Below are positions 26,801 through 38,249 of a stretch of 64,000 nucleotides of DNA, piece by piece (the first letter of the stretch is position 1; each line of letters starts with the position of its first letter). Location of the stretch: NCBI RefSeq assembly GCF_006345805.1, contig NC_042999.1, forward strand, positions 89,838,001-89,902,000, written 5' to 3'. Position numbers and translations under genes: made by a program. This DNA is from Octopus sinensis. Lineage: Eukaryota. A model generated the notes under the pieces. The model saw only the letters and a list, made by a program, of their open reading frames with translations. It did not search any database and was not told where the DNA came from.

Positions 26801-29800
26801 ACTTCAAGGAATATTCTTTTCTACTCTAGGCACAAGGCCCGAAATTTTTGGAGAGGGAGCCAGTCGATTAGATCGACCCCAGTACGCAACTGCTACTTAA
26901 TTTATCGACCCCGAAAGGATGAAAGGCAAAGTCGACCTCGAAACTTCAAGGAATATTATCACAGAACTTTTACTTATTAATCTTTGAATTAGACAAAACA
27001 CATTCTATGTAATTCTAAGAAAGTATGAAGTTAATCTGTGGTGTAGCGAGTGGTATGCAGAATAGGCTTACTGCACAAAGCAGCCACTTTGGCCACCTTG
27101 TGCGGTGGCCAATTTATTTACGTGTGTTCGCTTTAATGGAAGATATGTCATGTAGAAAGACGGGAGGAGCGGCCGATTTGGCTACTGCACAACGCAACCG
27201 AAACCTATGCTATGTGACAAGTCAATTCTTTCCTTTTGTTTAAAACCTAACCATTATTTTAAAACTGTTTTGAAATGTAAAGAAGTTTTGCAAATATTAT
27301 GACAAAATAGAATATCACATATTAAAACATCTAATTTAAGGTAACATGCGTTACATTCCGCCGAGGTCGACTTTGCCTTTCATCCTTTCGGGGTCGATAA
27401 GTTAAGTACCAGTTACGCATTGAGATCGATGTAATCGACTTGATCCGTTTGTCTGTCCTTGTTTGTACCCTCTGTGTTTAGCCCCTTGTGGGTAGTAAAG
27501 AAATAGGTATTAAATTAAGACGGCGAGCTGGCAGAATCGTTAGCACGCCGGGCGAAATGCTCAGCCGTATTTCGTCTGCCGTTACGTTCTGAGTTCAAAT
27601 TCCGCCGAGGTCGACTTTGCCTTTCATCCTTTCGGGGTCGATTAAATAAGTACCAGTTACGCACTGGGGTCGATATAATCGTCTTAATCCGTTTGTCTGT
27701 CCTTGTTTGTCCCCTCTGTGTTTAGCCCTTTGTGTGTAGTAAAGAAATATGTAACATGCGTTGCTTGAATTGGGTAATATTTTGAAGTCGGAGCATCACA
27801 AAATGATTAAAACTAGCACAAAACTTACCACTCGGCAATTCTTTTCAAGTACGATCTTTTGGTCTGAGCGTTGCATTCCAAGAAATACATTTTCGGTGTA
27901 AAAATTAATAATCAGTTAAAAAGATATTCTAATAAGGTAAGGTGTGTATATATGAAACATTCCATACTGTAAAGAAAGTACAAAATATTTCATATTGAGA
28001 AAGGGTATATAAAATTTCAAATACTGAAAAATGTTTGAAATACTCTACAGTGAAGGAAGTATAAAATATTTGGGAATTCCAGGTCTTACTGTCCGATAGA
28101 GATTTTTTTTCAAAATAAATACTTGGGGGTTCAATTCATACGTGATAAAGTGTATGCAGTATTTCTGTAATGCTTTATTCATTTATGAGACGTTTTATTA
28201 GTGAGGCTTTGAGGGGCGATTAGAAGTTAGGGTTTGGTTTTAGGGCTTATTGTACAGCGCTGCTAATCTTTACACGGATAAGGATCCTTTTATTTAAGTT
28301 AATTTCCCTAAGGACCCAGTCTTTTGAAAGGCTGTCCACTTAACAAGCCGATTTTATTAACAAACGACAAAAATCGTTTTCTTAGTAACATTTTTCAAGA
28401 TATGTAACTAAATAATTATACGTAACTTGGCAAATATACATTTTGCATTGAAGGCTTTTAATATTTTAAACACACTTCACGAACTCCCAGTAGTGAATTT
28501 GTGGATCCAAGAATCTGTAGTCCTCATTTGGGAACCGCCGTTCTGGGATAAGTGGTTAAGGTGAGCGCTTTTGCGATAGTAATTTGAAAAACTCTCAGAT
28601 TCATTGAAAAAGTGGGATGGTCATGATTGGAAGACTATAGTCGTGTCAAAATTTCTTTGCACGTGACCAATATATTTAATACATGCGCAAAATCTCAAAG
28701 GAATTGGACTTTCTAGTAATTGTTTTAGAAAAAATTCTGCACTGGGAGCAGAAAAAAAGAATGTTTAAAATACTCCATACTATTTATTTCTCGACAAGTT
28801 TAATCAGTGGGATAATTTATTAGCAGTAGTACGACCAAACCAGCAATAATTGCATCTTAGGGTCGTTTCCTAGCTATACTATCTGCTGCTTCTTTGTCTG
28901 GCCCTCTTCAGCAATGCAGTAACAATATTAACAGTACAATACAACAGTTCACATTTTCACGTACCTTGGCCGAAGCCGACAACCTAATAAATCGTTCGTA
29001 ATTCCAGAAATTGGTATTTAAAATCAAATAACGAAGAGATAAAAATAATATTACAAGAAATATTTTCTCGTAAAAAATAACGGGACGCCTATTTCAGGAA
29101 CATTTTTTTATATCATTGCGGGCAGAGTAGAAAAGAATTATTGCAATCGAGTCTATTATCAATATCTATGGAAAAGATGTGAACACTTCAACTCACTTTT
29201 ACATTCTTCTAAATTTAACAGGTCTTATAAACATCTTGATAATGAAAACATCTTGTGGGACAAAAGAACATTGGTTTCAATTTGATGATAGAAATATTCT
29301 GTTTCTATAGCAGGAGGATGAAATGATTTGAACCGGGTCTCGATATTATTGACCATTTAACCATAAAAAATTGTCCATCTTAAAGGACCAGAACATCAGA
29401 GGTTAGATGTAGCCGATTAAATTAATTCAGTTACCTAACTGATACTTCTTCAATCGATACAGAAAGAAGGAAAGGAACACCTGTATGTTCTCAGTTCATA
29501 ATCCCACCGGTATTTGAACTCAGAACGTAGAGAGAGAAGTAACTAACTAAATATTTTTAGATATTACGATGCATTTAATTCGAAGTTCCCTCCATTTTTA
29601 TCACTCTACTCCCACTTAAAGTGATATCGGTGAGATTTTAATTTAGAGCAGGAATAAATACCGCAGTGCCCAGTCATTTCTGCCATCAACCGTCTAATGA
29701 AGTTTCCATCCAAAGGCACAAGGCAAAAGGGGTAGGGTAAGGAATAACGTCGATTTAATCGACCTGTTATTTTACTGGTGCTTTATTTTCTCAAGTTGAA

Positions 29801-32800
29801 AACATAGGCAATATGTATTTTTAGTGGGGGGGGGGGCTAAGGCTGCAAACTGAAGGGCCGCTCCGAGCGGCACACACTCTAGCTTTGCTAGTGCATTGCA
29901 TTACTTGATTATTCTGGTCTGTTTCTCCAGAAGAGATCATTTAGTTTTTCTTCTCTTCGAAAGATGATGGCTCTTCTATTTTCATGATCTTTCTAGCTTC
30001 CCTTATCTTCTTTGTGTTATCGAGAAAGATCTTTTCCCAACAGCTTGCGGTTGTAGTATTACATTTGCTAATGGTATTGATGCAATTATTATTGTTGCTT
30101 GTACTGATACCGATATTATTGGTACTTTATTTTAACTATCCTGAAAGGTAAATTTGACCTCGCCGCTAACAATTCTACCAATCCATCGTTCTTCATAACT
30201 ATTTCTGACATAGGTACAATGTCAGAAATTTGCGGGAGACGTTAATCGATTAAATCGACTTCAGTACATGATTCTTTAATTTATCGACTTGGAATAAGTT
30301 CTAACAAACACATAGCTACAAATGCAAGAGAATGTAAAAGTTGAGGATTCGACAAGTACTTTATTATGTAGTGGATCTTGCATGCATGAAGTGGATTCGA
30401 TCCACAACAGCCAAATTTAAATTAACACTGCAACAGAACTTTTCCCATGGTGGAACAATGATTTTTCTCTGACAGCAGTTTTACATTTTCCAGATGCCTT
30501 TAGCTAGGCCGAAATAATGTCTTCACCACTTGACCCTTTCGAACCTCTTCTACTTCACCAAAAGCTAGAATAGAGATAACAAGACCACCAACTAAATCTA
30601 TTGTTCTCAATGATATGTCTATCCTTCTGGATAGCTATAAAAACAAGAACCTCCAAGCAATAAAACAAGTGGTCACTTGGCGACAACTGAGCGAGGCAGC
30701 TCGTGACGACTCAATTAGTTAGAGAACGGACTGCTAGAATCATGATCACAAAGAATGCCTCTACTAAAGATAATGGTCAGCGAGAGAAATGAAATTTACT
30801 TTGAGACAACGTCCCACACCCTACAACTCACACTAGCTCTAATTCTGTTATCTTACAACATCCTTCTATCTGCGGATTACTACTAACTGTTTGTATACAC
30901 CAAACTATGCGAAGAAACATTCCACCGCATCTAATTTTCTTTGGCATGCTTTTGGATTTATCATCACCTGCCCGCCGAGGCAAGGTATTGTAACGTAACG
31001 GTAAATAAATATTTCCTTAAAATTTCATGCATTGTTCATTTTTCACATCCTACAGTATGCAATTATAAAAACAAATTTTTATCGTTACAACTGCTGACTC
31101 CGATATTTCATGATATTGTTTACAAAACAGTCTTACCCATTACAATTATATCAATCCGGAATAATGAAAGTCAATGCTGAAGTCGACAGGATTTTAATTT
31201 AGTTTATAAAGAGCCTGAATGAATACCGCAAAGTGTTTGATCCGACGTTCCGGCGTCTCTACCAACCAATACTTTTTCTCTTTCTACCATAGGCCTGAAA
31301 TTTTGGGGGAGGGTGCTAGTCGATAATATCGACCCCAGTGCTCAGCTAGTGCTTATTTTATCGATCCCGACATGATAAAAGGCAAAGCGGACTTCGGCAG
31401 AATTTAAACTTAGAACGTAAGAACCGGAAGCGTTTTGTCTGGCATACGAACGATTCTGCTTGCTCGCCGCGTTAAATAATTCTTTTTTATATAAGCACAA
31501 GGCCTGAAATACTAGGAGGGCAGGAGTAGTCGATTATATCGACCCACATGGCTCACGGGTACTTATTTTATCGACCCTGAAAAGATGAAAAGCAAAGTCA
31601 ACTCCGGCGGCATTTGAACACAGAAGGCAAAGTCGAACGAAATGCTTCTAAGCATTTTGCCCGGCGTGCTAATGATTCTGCCAGTTTATTGCCCAAATGT
31701 CAAACATTAATATTAACAAAAATTTCAACTTACCCTTGACCGTTTTTGAAGATAATCTTGTTTTTATCTCGATCATTAGCTTCCCGGAAACGAATACACG
31801 TTAGTGCATTCCAGTCGTCCATAGAGTTCTGAACTTCAACTTTCTCTTTTGTAGTAACTGACAAAGGATGAAGAAAAAAGTGAATATTATGCCCTAATTC
31901 AACAATATTCTAATCAAGTAACACTCAAAGACTACAACTCAAGGCTTCATTAGAAAGTTGCAGCCATGTAATCAGTTATAAGGATGATATTGCACAGGGT
32001 ATACAATATATACATATATACACTCATATTTATATTTATTATTCTTTAACAAGAATGGTGTCGACAGTGACTTCCAAGTTTTGGTCTGTTAGCCTTCATT
32101 GGACGGTCCGATGTAGGCTAAACAGGCAGAAACTCCGAAGTTACTCTCAAGGACGAAAGACCCATCATTACCCTTAATCACATTTTGAAAACTGTTGATG
32201 GCAACTACATATATTATACCTATGTATATAACATGTGTGAAGTGGTCAAAGTGTTGCACTCACGATCGATTCCCGGACCGGCGATGCATCGTACTCGAGT
32301 AAAACACTTCATTTCGCGTTGCCCCAGCCCATTCTACTGAAAACGAGTAACAACACCACGGACTGGCATTCCGTGAAGGAGGAATATTGGCTTACTTGCC
32401 ATGCCAGCGAGATGGCATCATTCGAAAGCTGCGATAAAGTGCGTTGTGACCAGCGGTGTATAACAGCATCTGACGGTCTGATCGATACGGCGACATATGT
32501 AAGTATGTATATACCTTAATACCTAATGGTTTCAGTGACTTTCATACGATATTTTTGTGGGTTACCAGCAGAATAATGATTTCCACGACAATTTAAAAAA
32601 TAAAGATTGGCGGTTATTACGAACATAATGGTTATTACGACTCGTCAACCATTAAGCTGTGGCTACTAAAAATTACAACAAAACAGTACAGCGGTGTATA
32701 AACTTACAGTAATCTCCATAGGTGTAAGGAATTTCATTGGTTTTCCAGCGAAACATTAAAGGACGGATGGCCTTCCGTTTACTTCGAGTGTTATTTCTAG

Positions 32801-35800
32801 TAAATCAATAAATTGTAAATTACTGTCAAATGAATTTAGACATCACAAAATAAGTTAAAGCTTTAGATATATGTACAAAATGGTAGTCTTTGACGTGTTT
32901 TTATGAGATATTGGCGACATAAAATGAGATATAAACTGCTGTCAAACCGAATTTGCAAAATTTCGTTTCTCTAACAACCTTAGAAACATGCATGCAACAT
33001 TTCTCTGTGTGAAAGAAAGAAAGAAAGAAAGGAGTAATTTTTAATGGATTAGTCAAGGGAGGAATGGCAGCACCCTTGACTGTTACAGGATCTCTGAAAA
33101 TGGTGAAGTAAAGGACCACTAAACTACGGCCGCTCATAGATTGCTGCAGTAAAAAGCTGTGCATCAAGATATCTTCAAACGAAAGACCCGGTCTAAATGC
33201 TTGCAACAGAGTGGAATCCACTAAAGGCAGCCAAAGACTAAGTAATGGTGTTAAACCGGGTGACTAATTAGGTCCATCTTGCTAGAATAGATACATTCAA
33301 ACCCAGTTCCTATCTACCCCATGTCACTCACAAAGCTTGTGTCAGCCCAGTATAGAAGATACTCTTCCAAAGTATCGTGTGTACATTGAGATCAAACTTG
33401 AAGACACATAATCGCGAAGAGAACTTTTTAGCCACATAGTCTTTCTTGTATCGGAATGAAAGAAACGACGGAAGTTATGGGAAGGAGAACTAACGTAATG
33501 GAAGAGTCAAAAAAGAACATGTGTAAATTTAAAGAAAGATATACAAGAAAATATTTTTAAAATCTTTAACCCTTTGACTTTATATGAATTACTGCTTCCA
33601 ACAATGGATAAAAATTAATTTTATCCAAATCAAAAGAGGCCATACAATCAGTTCTTGTTACTGAATTCTGTACAATTAAGTTGATAAACGATAAATTCAC
33701 TAGTATAGTTATTCCCAAATTTTAATCACGGTACACTGATACTGTTTTTTAAAATAAACTGCAGAACCTGTTTTACCGGCAGACCCCTGACACCTCAATT
33801 TTAATATGTCATTAAATGGAACAAAATTTGTTTTAGGGAAGGGATTTTCGTGTACAAAAAAAAAACACAAAAAAATTTAATTATTTTGAAAATAGGGAAT
33901 AACGATCTTTATCAAATAAATTTTCATTAAATTTCATTAAAAGGCACTTTATCACACAGTACACTAGAATTTTATCGGGGAACCACACAGAGAAACACTT
34001 TAATAGATGGGTCCTGCTGCCAGAGAACCTTAACCCAGAATCTCAAACAAACAAAGCAATCATTAGTTCTATGTAATGTTTCTGCTAACCCTTGATGTTT
34101 GGTCGCAATAATCGAGCAGATCTATGATCAAAAGCTTCCTCACCAAGATTTGCCATCAAATAAACGAACGATAAATATTCGGTTGTATTAGAAGTTAATT
34201 TATTACTGCTAACATTCATAGTTCTTATACGTAGTGTTTACATCTAATTTAAGTTCAAGTATGAAGAACTACGCAGTGGCGTTGCCTCAGCAATGCAACA
34301 GAGGTCGTTACTATTTGCACAAAATTCCAAAAGTAAAATAATGAAGTAATAATAAGAAATATAACAATCCACGGGCGGCGGTGTAGCGTAAGGTTTGCTG
34401 ACTGTACAGGGCAACCACTTTATATTGGTATATTTTAAAGGAAGTAGGCGGCTAATTTAACAACGACAAGAGAGGTCACAACCTACGTTATGTCCACGGG
34501 TTAGGGGATGCGCCTTACGTCACTGGATCTACAAGAGTAACACAATCAGTACAAATTAATTATGGTGTCTGCCATGAAATGTAACCTTACACACATTTTA
34601 TTGACAATGAGAATTACATATATTTGTAGCATGTTAGATTTTGAGTGTGATGCTGATAGTTGTCCAAAATAACCCTATTACAATCAAAGATGTTACATTT
34701 GATATCGTAACTAGAAGAGACGAAACTAAGATTAATTATTTGCTCTTGCGTTGGCCACTTACACTATACTGATAAGGTGTGTTAACAAATAAAATTTTAA
34801 TAAAATATAGAGGTTATATATATAATTACTTTTGCATGAGCTCTCGCCAAACATCAATAGGAAATATCATATCCATTTCGGTTTTCACCATTCCGTTGCT
34901 TGAGTCGTACAAAAAATTCATCTCTCTGCCTAAAATGAAATCAATTGTAGATTCAGTATTAGTTTTAAAAGTTAGAAAATTCACAGCGCCAAAAAGATTC
35001 ACCAAATGTGTAATATCGTTTTATGAAACATTTTAAATAACACGAGAAATCATGAATGTAGCAATCTCCATCAGTAGTAGTCAACCTTTTTCACGGTATG
35101 AATATTGTTGATAGATTTAGAAAGAACTATTTGCGCACACAATTTTTTATTCTATTTTATTTATTAAAGAAATTGTGCTATTTCAATAAAAAATGTTTAT
35201 TAAAACAGGCGTCTTCAGAATGTCATACAGATTCTGTTCTTGAATCAAATAAGGATGTGTGGCGAAAAGGTAAGCAGTGCATCTCCCACCAATACATCCA
35301 ACGCGGGAAGGTGATTTCTTGCTTTAGTTTTTTTTCCAGTCCCTGCCGAGAAGCCCTTTTAGAAGTATGTATTATGAAATAGAACCAACATTTTAGATAT
35401 CTCAACAACCAGCCTTTTCATTTCAATCGCTTCATTGAACGTCATAACTAAAGATACTTTCATAGTTTCTACAGAGAGCGTTTTTATTTCTGCACCATGT
35501 TTCACTGCAAACGTTGAATCTCAGCCTCTTTAAGAGTATTCGACGTATTAATATCTCATGAAATGATTTAATACCCATCCTGATAATTCTATCGGGTTAT
35601 TCCATAAGTTCTATCCGATTTTACCTTTTTTTAAAAAATTGAATGAAATTTAATAGTATTTTAGAATGTCTAATGAAATTAAAAATTATTTTTATGCATT
35701 TGTGTACATTTAAACTAATTAAATAATTTTTTACAGAATAATAGAACTAAAATTTCTTTGACTAAAACCCTTTCTAACATGGAAGTATCCAAAGAGCATT

Positions 35801-38111
35801 TAAGGCACGTAATGCTTTATGAGTACAAAAATGGAAACTGCGGCCGAAGCGACTCGAAACATGCACTCAATTTATGGGAAAGAATGCCTGCATGAAAGAA
35901 CTTGCAGAAGATGGTTTGCAAAATTCAGAAGTGGAGATTTTAGCCTTGAAGGTGAAGATCGAACAGGATGTCCAGTTGAGTTTGATAAGCTCCTTGCGGC
36001 ATTACTTGAAAATCTTGCATTATCAGTTGAAGAATTGGCAATAAAGCTTAGTTTAATCCATACAATTGTTCATCTTCAACAACTTGGAAAGGTTCCTAGA
36101 CTTGGAAAATGGATGCCTCATGAACTGTCCGAAAGCAACCGCAAATCCCGAGTTAACATCTGCTCTTCTCTCCATTCTCGCGAACTCATTTCACCCTTTT
36201 TGGATAGACTTATGACTGGTGACGAAAAATGAATCTTCTATTGAAATGTTAAACGTCGTAAACAATGGCTTGGTAAAAGGGAAAAAGCTCAATCACAACC
36301 GAGAAGGGAACTTCATGGAAAAATGGTTCTTCTCACTATCTGGTGGGATTGCAAGGGAGTAATTCACTTTGAATTGTTACCACCTAATACAACAATCAAT
36401 GCTCAAGTCTACTTTCACCAATTAGAACATTTGAATCAAGCTTTGAAGAAAAAGAAAGACCCACTTTAGTGAATCAAAAAGGAGTGATGTGTCATCTGGA
36501 CAATGCGCGACCCCACACAGCAAATATCACATCACAGAAGATCGAAGAGCTTGGTTGGGAAAAAATTCCTTATTCACCTTAGGAGTGTATGATTTTGTAT
36601 AAATAGAACTACAGTGTTGGTAACACATATGTCTTCTGAAGAGTTAGCTGTTCAAAACTGAAGTATCTTTTACTCTTGAATGAGATTCAGTTTTTTCTAT
36701 GTTATACGTAGACGGTCGCATGAACATAACTCCCCATGTAGGGATGGTTGACGTCGACACAATTTTTGTTGATTCTACCTTCTTTGCTCAAAATCTAGGA
36801 AACAAATGTACCTGACCAGCTTGGGTAGGATATCCCCCCTTGGATAGTTCCACTCTGAAATCATTCCAACTCTATCTCATCTTTAGTATGCACAGTATTA
36901 CATTGTGCATCAGTCGAGTTCACACGCAACCACATAGAATTTCAGTCTCTGACCATTGTTGCTGCGTAGCTCCACGTCGGCTCTGATTATGCAGACCTAC
37001 GATTAAAGACCTTGCTTTCATAATCTCCCATCTCAGATAAAATGTATATAGAAAATATTTAAGGTAGTTGGGTAGGATTTGAGCGGAATTTGGTCGCTCT
37101 TTCTAACAAGTCAGGCAACGATGAGTGAACACATTTAGGGATTGTGGATGAAGGAATAAGTCCTTCGTTTCTTCCCGCTAGTAAAAGTTACATATCACCA
37201 GGCCTGAAATAAAAGATTCTATTTTGATATTGCGTATACATTAAATTATGTCTTTGTTGTAACCGTAATTTAGGACATGTGTTGTAGTCATGAAAAGAAG
37301 ATAAATGATGTGTGTCATGAAACGAACATTTAAAGATTTTCTTCTGAAATATAAAGAGATATTTTATTTTGTTCTATTTTGAGTGCTATAAAAATTAATT
37401 GATACAGCAAAGATCCTTGGAAGGGTTCGAACGGGAAAATCTCACGATCAGAGTATCATGGTAATGTATGTGTATTTGTGTGTTTGATTGAATTGTTAGC
37501 AGCATGTGTGTATGTGATACAAAGGATAAAGGTGTGTGTGTGTGTGTGCGCGTGCTAACATGGTATATCTGGTTGTCGTCGCATACTTCTCTTTCACGGT
37601 TATTTCACTTCTCGGTTTCTTCTCTTTCACGGTTTACTGTATACTGGTCTTTGCTATAGTTGACAGGTGGTACTGGCCGCCGCTGCAGTTTTAACTGGGC
37701 AACAAAATATTTCAGTTGATATATTCTTCTTTCGGAAGCTAGGTACCAACTAACTGATCTGTCTTTATCTATTTCTATAAAAGTCATGAATAATAGAACC
37801 GAAACAAGGTCAAGAGGATTCGCATGATTGGTCGATAAAGACCAAAGACTTCTGTTACAAGCCTGCCAATGTGCCTAGATTTATTCATAGTTAGAGAAAC
37901 GTGAGTTCGACATTCGAATCTTAAACTTCTCATTGCATTCTTTTAAAACGTTATCGAATGATATTAAGTAGATTCGTAGGAGAGACTAACGAGAATACAG
38001 GTTCAATACAAATATGTGATTAAACTTCGATAAAAGAATTTAAGTGCAAGACTACTTACTTGATTCGGAAGCGTCTGCAATTATTTGATCGATTGATTTT
38101 TCTTCTGTAGC
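1039..38111 (-). CDS. Multi-exon astacin-family (M12A) zinc metalloprotease with EGF-like module and 5 ShKT domains; first and last exons not securely found; one exon damaged as assembled
   Basis: Hand-spliced exons 38060-38111, 34830-34929, 32708-32796, 31734-31857, 27829-27895, 24208-24411, 21456-21582, 15669-15767, 12332-12376, 11861-11995, 6198-6482, 4223-4369, 1039-1176. Phases match throughout and junctions are GT-AG except the acceptor of 27829-27895. Contains HELGHAIGLFH, SIMHY and five CxxxxxxCxxWA..C..N..(Y/F)M..NCKKSC repeats. Confidence 0.93.
1990..2510 (+). mobile_element. Degenerate DNA-transposon transposase fragment (LPPLHIKLG...KAGVFDGPQ...MSIK.H family; superfamily not assigned)
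   Basis: Translates across stops to ILPPLHIKLGIMKQFVIALDKD, KIKAGVFDGPQNRKL and MSIKPHCFHSQFD, motifs of a widespread eukaryotic transposase-derived family. The tail recurs at about 5510-5600 (MTAYCWNL). Confidence 0.6.
2513..3769 (-). mobile_element. Full-length degenerate mariner (Tc1/mariner) element, 1257 bp, TA target duplication
   Basis: TA at 2511-2512 and 3770-3771. TIRs are tcaggtcatcccataagttctgt and acagaactaatgggat(ggat)gacttga. Frameshifted transposase 3581 to 2588 with WVPHEL and YSLDLASSDY (YSPDLAPSDY) motifs. Confidence 0.95.
4223..4369 (-). CDS. ShKT domain 4 exon (VKCDDNNYLCPIWAKVGHCRINAAFMLKNCKKSCSQCTSGGKEEGEVDI)
   Basis: 147 nt, phase 1-1, tttatttacag acceptor, gtgaga donor. 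Paralogue of 6198-6482. Confidence 0.92.
6198..6482 (-). CDS. Double-ShKT exon (domains 2 and 3) with an internal 138-bp tandem duplication
   Basis: 285 nt, phase 1-1, tttatttacag acceptor, gtgagt donor. Two copies of VNCDDNNYLCPIWAKVGHCRINAAFM(S/L)KNCKKSCSQCTSGGKEEEK. Confidence 0.93.
9170..9938 (+). mobile_element. 3' end of an RTE-like LINE plus associated repeat tail ending in (GAT)n
   Basis: GTCGRGRSRKTWDEVVKHDL..LGLTEAMT.D.DLWKYAVLEKT resembles an RTE C-terminus. Related tail pieces occur at about 4640-4740, 6760-6860 and 12640-12810. Confidence 0.7.
11861..11995 (-). CDS. ShKT domain 1 exon (ICRDNHRSCAVWAQMNECKLNPVYMLTNCKKSCDKCKGGKDETVE)
   Basis: Six-Cys ShKT pattern, 135 nt, phase 1-1, ttttgattacag acceptor, gtaaag donor. 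Confidence 0.95.
12332..12376 (-). CDS. Astacin exon: linker (DTSGDGGVTEPTEEK)
   Basis: attattacag acceptor, gtaagt donor, 45 nt, phase 1-1. Confidence 0.85.
12815..13019. mobile_element. piggyBac-type MITE, 205 bp, TTAA-flanked
   Basis: ttaa|acctttcgttac ... gtaatgaaaggg|ttaa. Confidence 0.8.
13711..14296 (+). mobile_element. 3' half of a mariner element, same family as 2513-3769
   Basis: FHQDNARPH, PYSADLAPSDYHLF, RWKEVIDNQGKYIDD*. Right TIR cggacagaacttatgggatgacccga followed by TA. Confidence 0.93.
15669..15767 (-). CDS. Astacin exon: Cys-rich EGF-like module (GNCPKKSCPRNGFVAKDCECYCPDLKKSIRKCP)
   Basis: atttctag acceptor, gtatgt donor, 99 nt, phase 1-1. Confidence 0.9.
15920..17840 (+). 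mobile_element. Helitron/Helentron-like non-autonomous element, about 1.9 kb, with internal microsatellites
   Basis: 5' end actag...cccggcgttgctcgg, shared with the copies at 45386, 47323 and 48897. 3' end ...gatttatatacatagat. Confidence 0.55.
19981..20043 (+). ncRNA. Minimal type I hammerhead ribozyme motif (Penelope-associated type)
   Basis: Stem I taataa/ttatta; core CTGACGA 19987-19993; stem II gatg/catc plus cgga/tccg; GAAA 20025-20028; near-palindromic stem III ACTCAGAGT; GUU site after 20037. Confidence 0.7.
20268..20310 (+). ncRNA. Minimal type I hammerhead ribozyme motif
   Basis: CTGATGA 20272-20278; perfect stem II gaacc/ggttc with a 6-nt loop; GAAA 20295-20298; palindrome AATCGATT; UUA site at 20306; stem I of 4 bp with two G-U pairs. 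Confidence 0.7.
20437..20810 (-). mobile_element. tRNA-derived SINE (family 2), minus orientation
   Basis: Reverse complement of the 21784-22101 family. tRNA-like head at 20740-20810. Confidence 0.8.
21456..21582 (-). CDS. Astacin exon: end of catalytic domain (LFSVNGEMTIVTKDKRYQKIIGKAKILSFNDVKIVNAMYNCS)
   Basis: tttgtag acceptor, gtgagt donor, 127 nt, phase 0-1. Contains FS.NG..TI and LS..D...N.MY.C motifs. Confidence 0.95.
21784..22101 (+). mobile_element. tRNA-derived SINE (family 2)
   Basis: A/B-box-like head (tggcttagtg...gttcgattcc), central tgtgtccttgagcaagacactt motif, 3' cgtcgtcgtaaccgacggag. Confidence 0.8.
24208..24411 (-). CDS. Astacin exon: zinc-binding motif and Met-turn (KSIILHELGHAIGLFHEQSRSDRD...YDYRSIMHYGSY)
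   Basis: HExxHxxGxxH plus SxMHY. 204 nt, phase 0-0, ccatcatag acceptor, gtaagt donor. Confidence 0.97.
25050..25890 (+). mobile_element. Highly decayed pogo/Tigger-like transposase remnant
   Basis: IPSGLT(fs)GRMQP at about 25583 matches the IPxGxTxxxQPLD motif. EMDGAEDH near 25723 resembles the pogo C-terminal DGxED. Confidence 0.4.
26816..26941 (-). mobile_element. 5'-truncated SINE (family 1) with a 16-bp target-site duplication
   Basis: TSD aacttcaaggaatatt at 26800-26815 and 26942-26957. The insert is the reverse complement of the family-1 3' part. Confidence 0.85.
27357..27750 (+). mobile_element. Tandem tRNA-derived SINEs (family 1): a truncated copy followed by a full copy
   Basis: ggcgagctggcagaatcgttagcacgccgggcgaaatg...gttctgagttcaaattccgccgaggtcgactttgcctttcatcctttcggggtcgat. 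Near-identical to the copies at 38250-38480 and 43463-43693. Confidence 0.88.
27829..27895 (-). CDS. Astacin exon, 5' end damaged (..FLGMQRSDQKIVLEKNCRV)
   Basis: Perfect gtaagt donor and phase 0 into KSIILHE. At the expected 67-nt boundary the acceptor reads tttttacAC rather than AG, and Glu-Asn-Val replaces the expected Cys-x-Ser. Confidence 0.75.
31734..31857 (-). CDS. Astacin exon: catalytic domain (FTTKEKVEVQNSMDDWNALTCIRFREANDRDKNKIIFKNGQG)
   Basis: cctttgtcag acceptor, gtaagt donor, 124 nt, phase 1-2. Contains the W...TCIRF motif. Confidence 0.95.
32708..32796 (-). CDS. Astacin exon: RSKR processing site and mature N-terminus (NNTRSKRKAIRPLMFRWKTNEIPYTYGDY)
   Basis: ttactag acceptor, gtaagt donor, 89 nt, phase 2-1. 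RxKR followed by W....IPY, typical of the astacin N-terminus. Confidence 0.92.
34830..34929 (-). CDS. Astacin exon: pro-peptide (SREMNFLYDSSNGMVKTEMDMIFPIDVWRELMQK)
   Basis: ttcattttag acceptor, gtaatt donor, 100 nt, phase 1-2. EMDM resembles the Asp-containing pro-peptide motif of astacins. Confidence 0.85.
35592..36580 (+). mobile_element. Mariner element, 3'-truncated, same family as 2513-3769
   Basis: ta|tcgggttattccataagttctatccga TIR; ATG at 35779 (MEVSKEHLRHVML); WMPHEL; TGDEK; HLDNARPH. Confidence 0.92.
38060..38111 (-). CDS. Astacin exon: pro-peptide (ATEEKSIDQIIADASES)
   Basis: ctttctttcccag acceptor, gtaagt donor, 52 nt, phase 0-1, open frame. Confidence 0.8.
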
Positions 38112-38249
38112 CTGGGAAAGAAAGACAAGGAAACAGCTTTGACGTTAAGAAATTAAATTAAAGAATTTCAATTTTGCTGATGTTTAACGGTAGACGGGAT
38201 ATATGGTGTACAGTTACCAACAGGAGTTTTATTAATACTATAACGAAAG

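Noticed and set aside
28215-28250. gttagggtttggttttaggg, telomere-like
   Set aside because: Only two degenerate units, embedded in a dispersed repeat.
37605-37787. 60-aa ORF between astacin exons
   Set aside because: No motif, no compatible donor, and the real exons (38060-38111, 34830-34929) splice around it.
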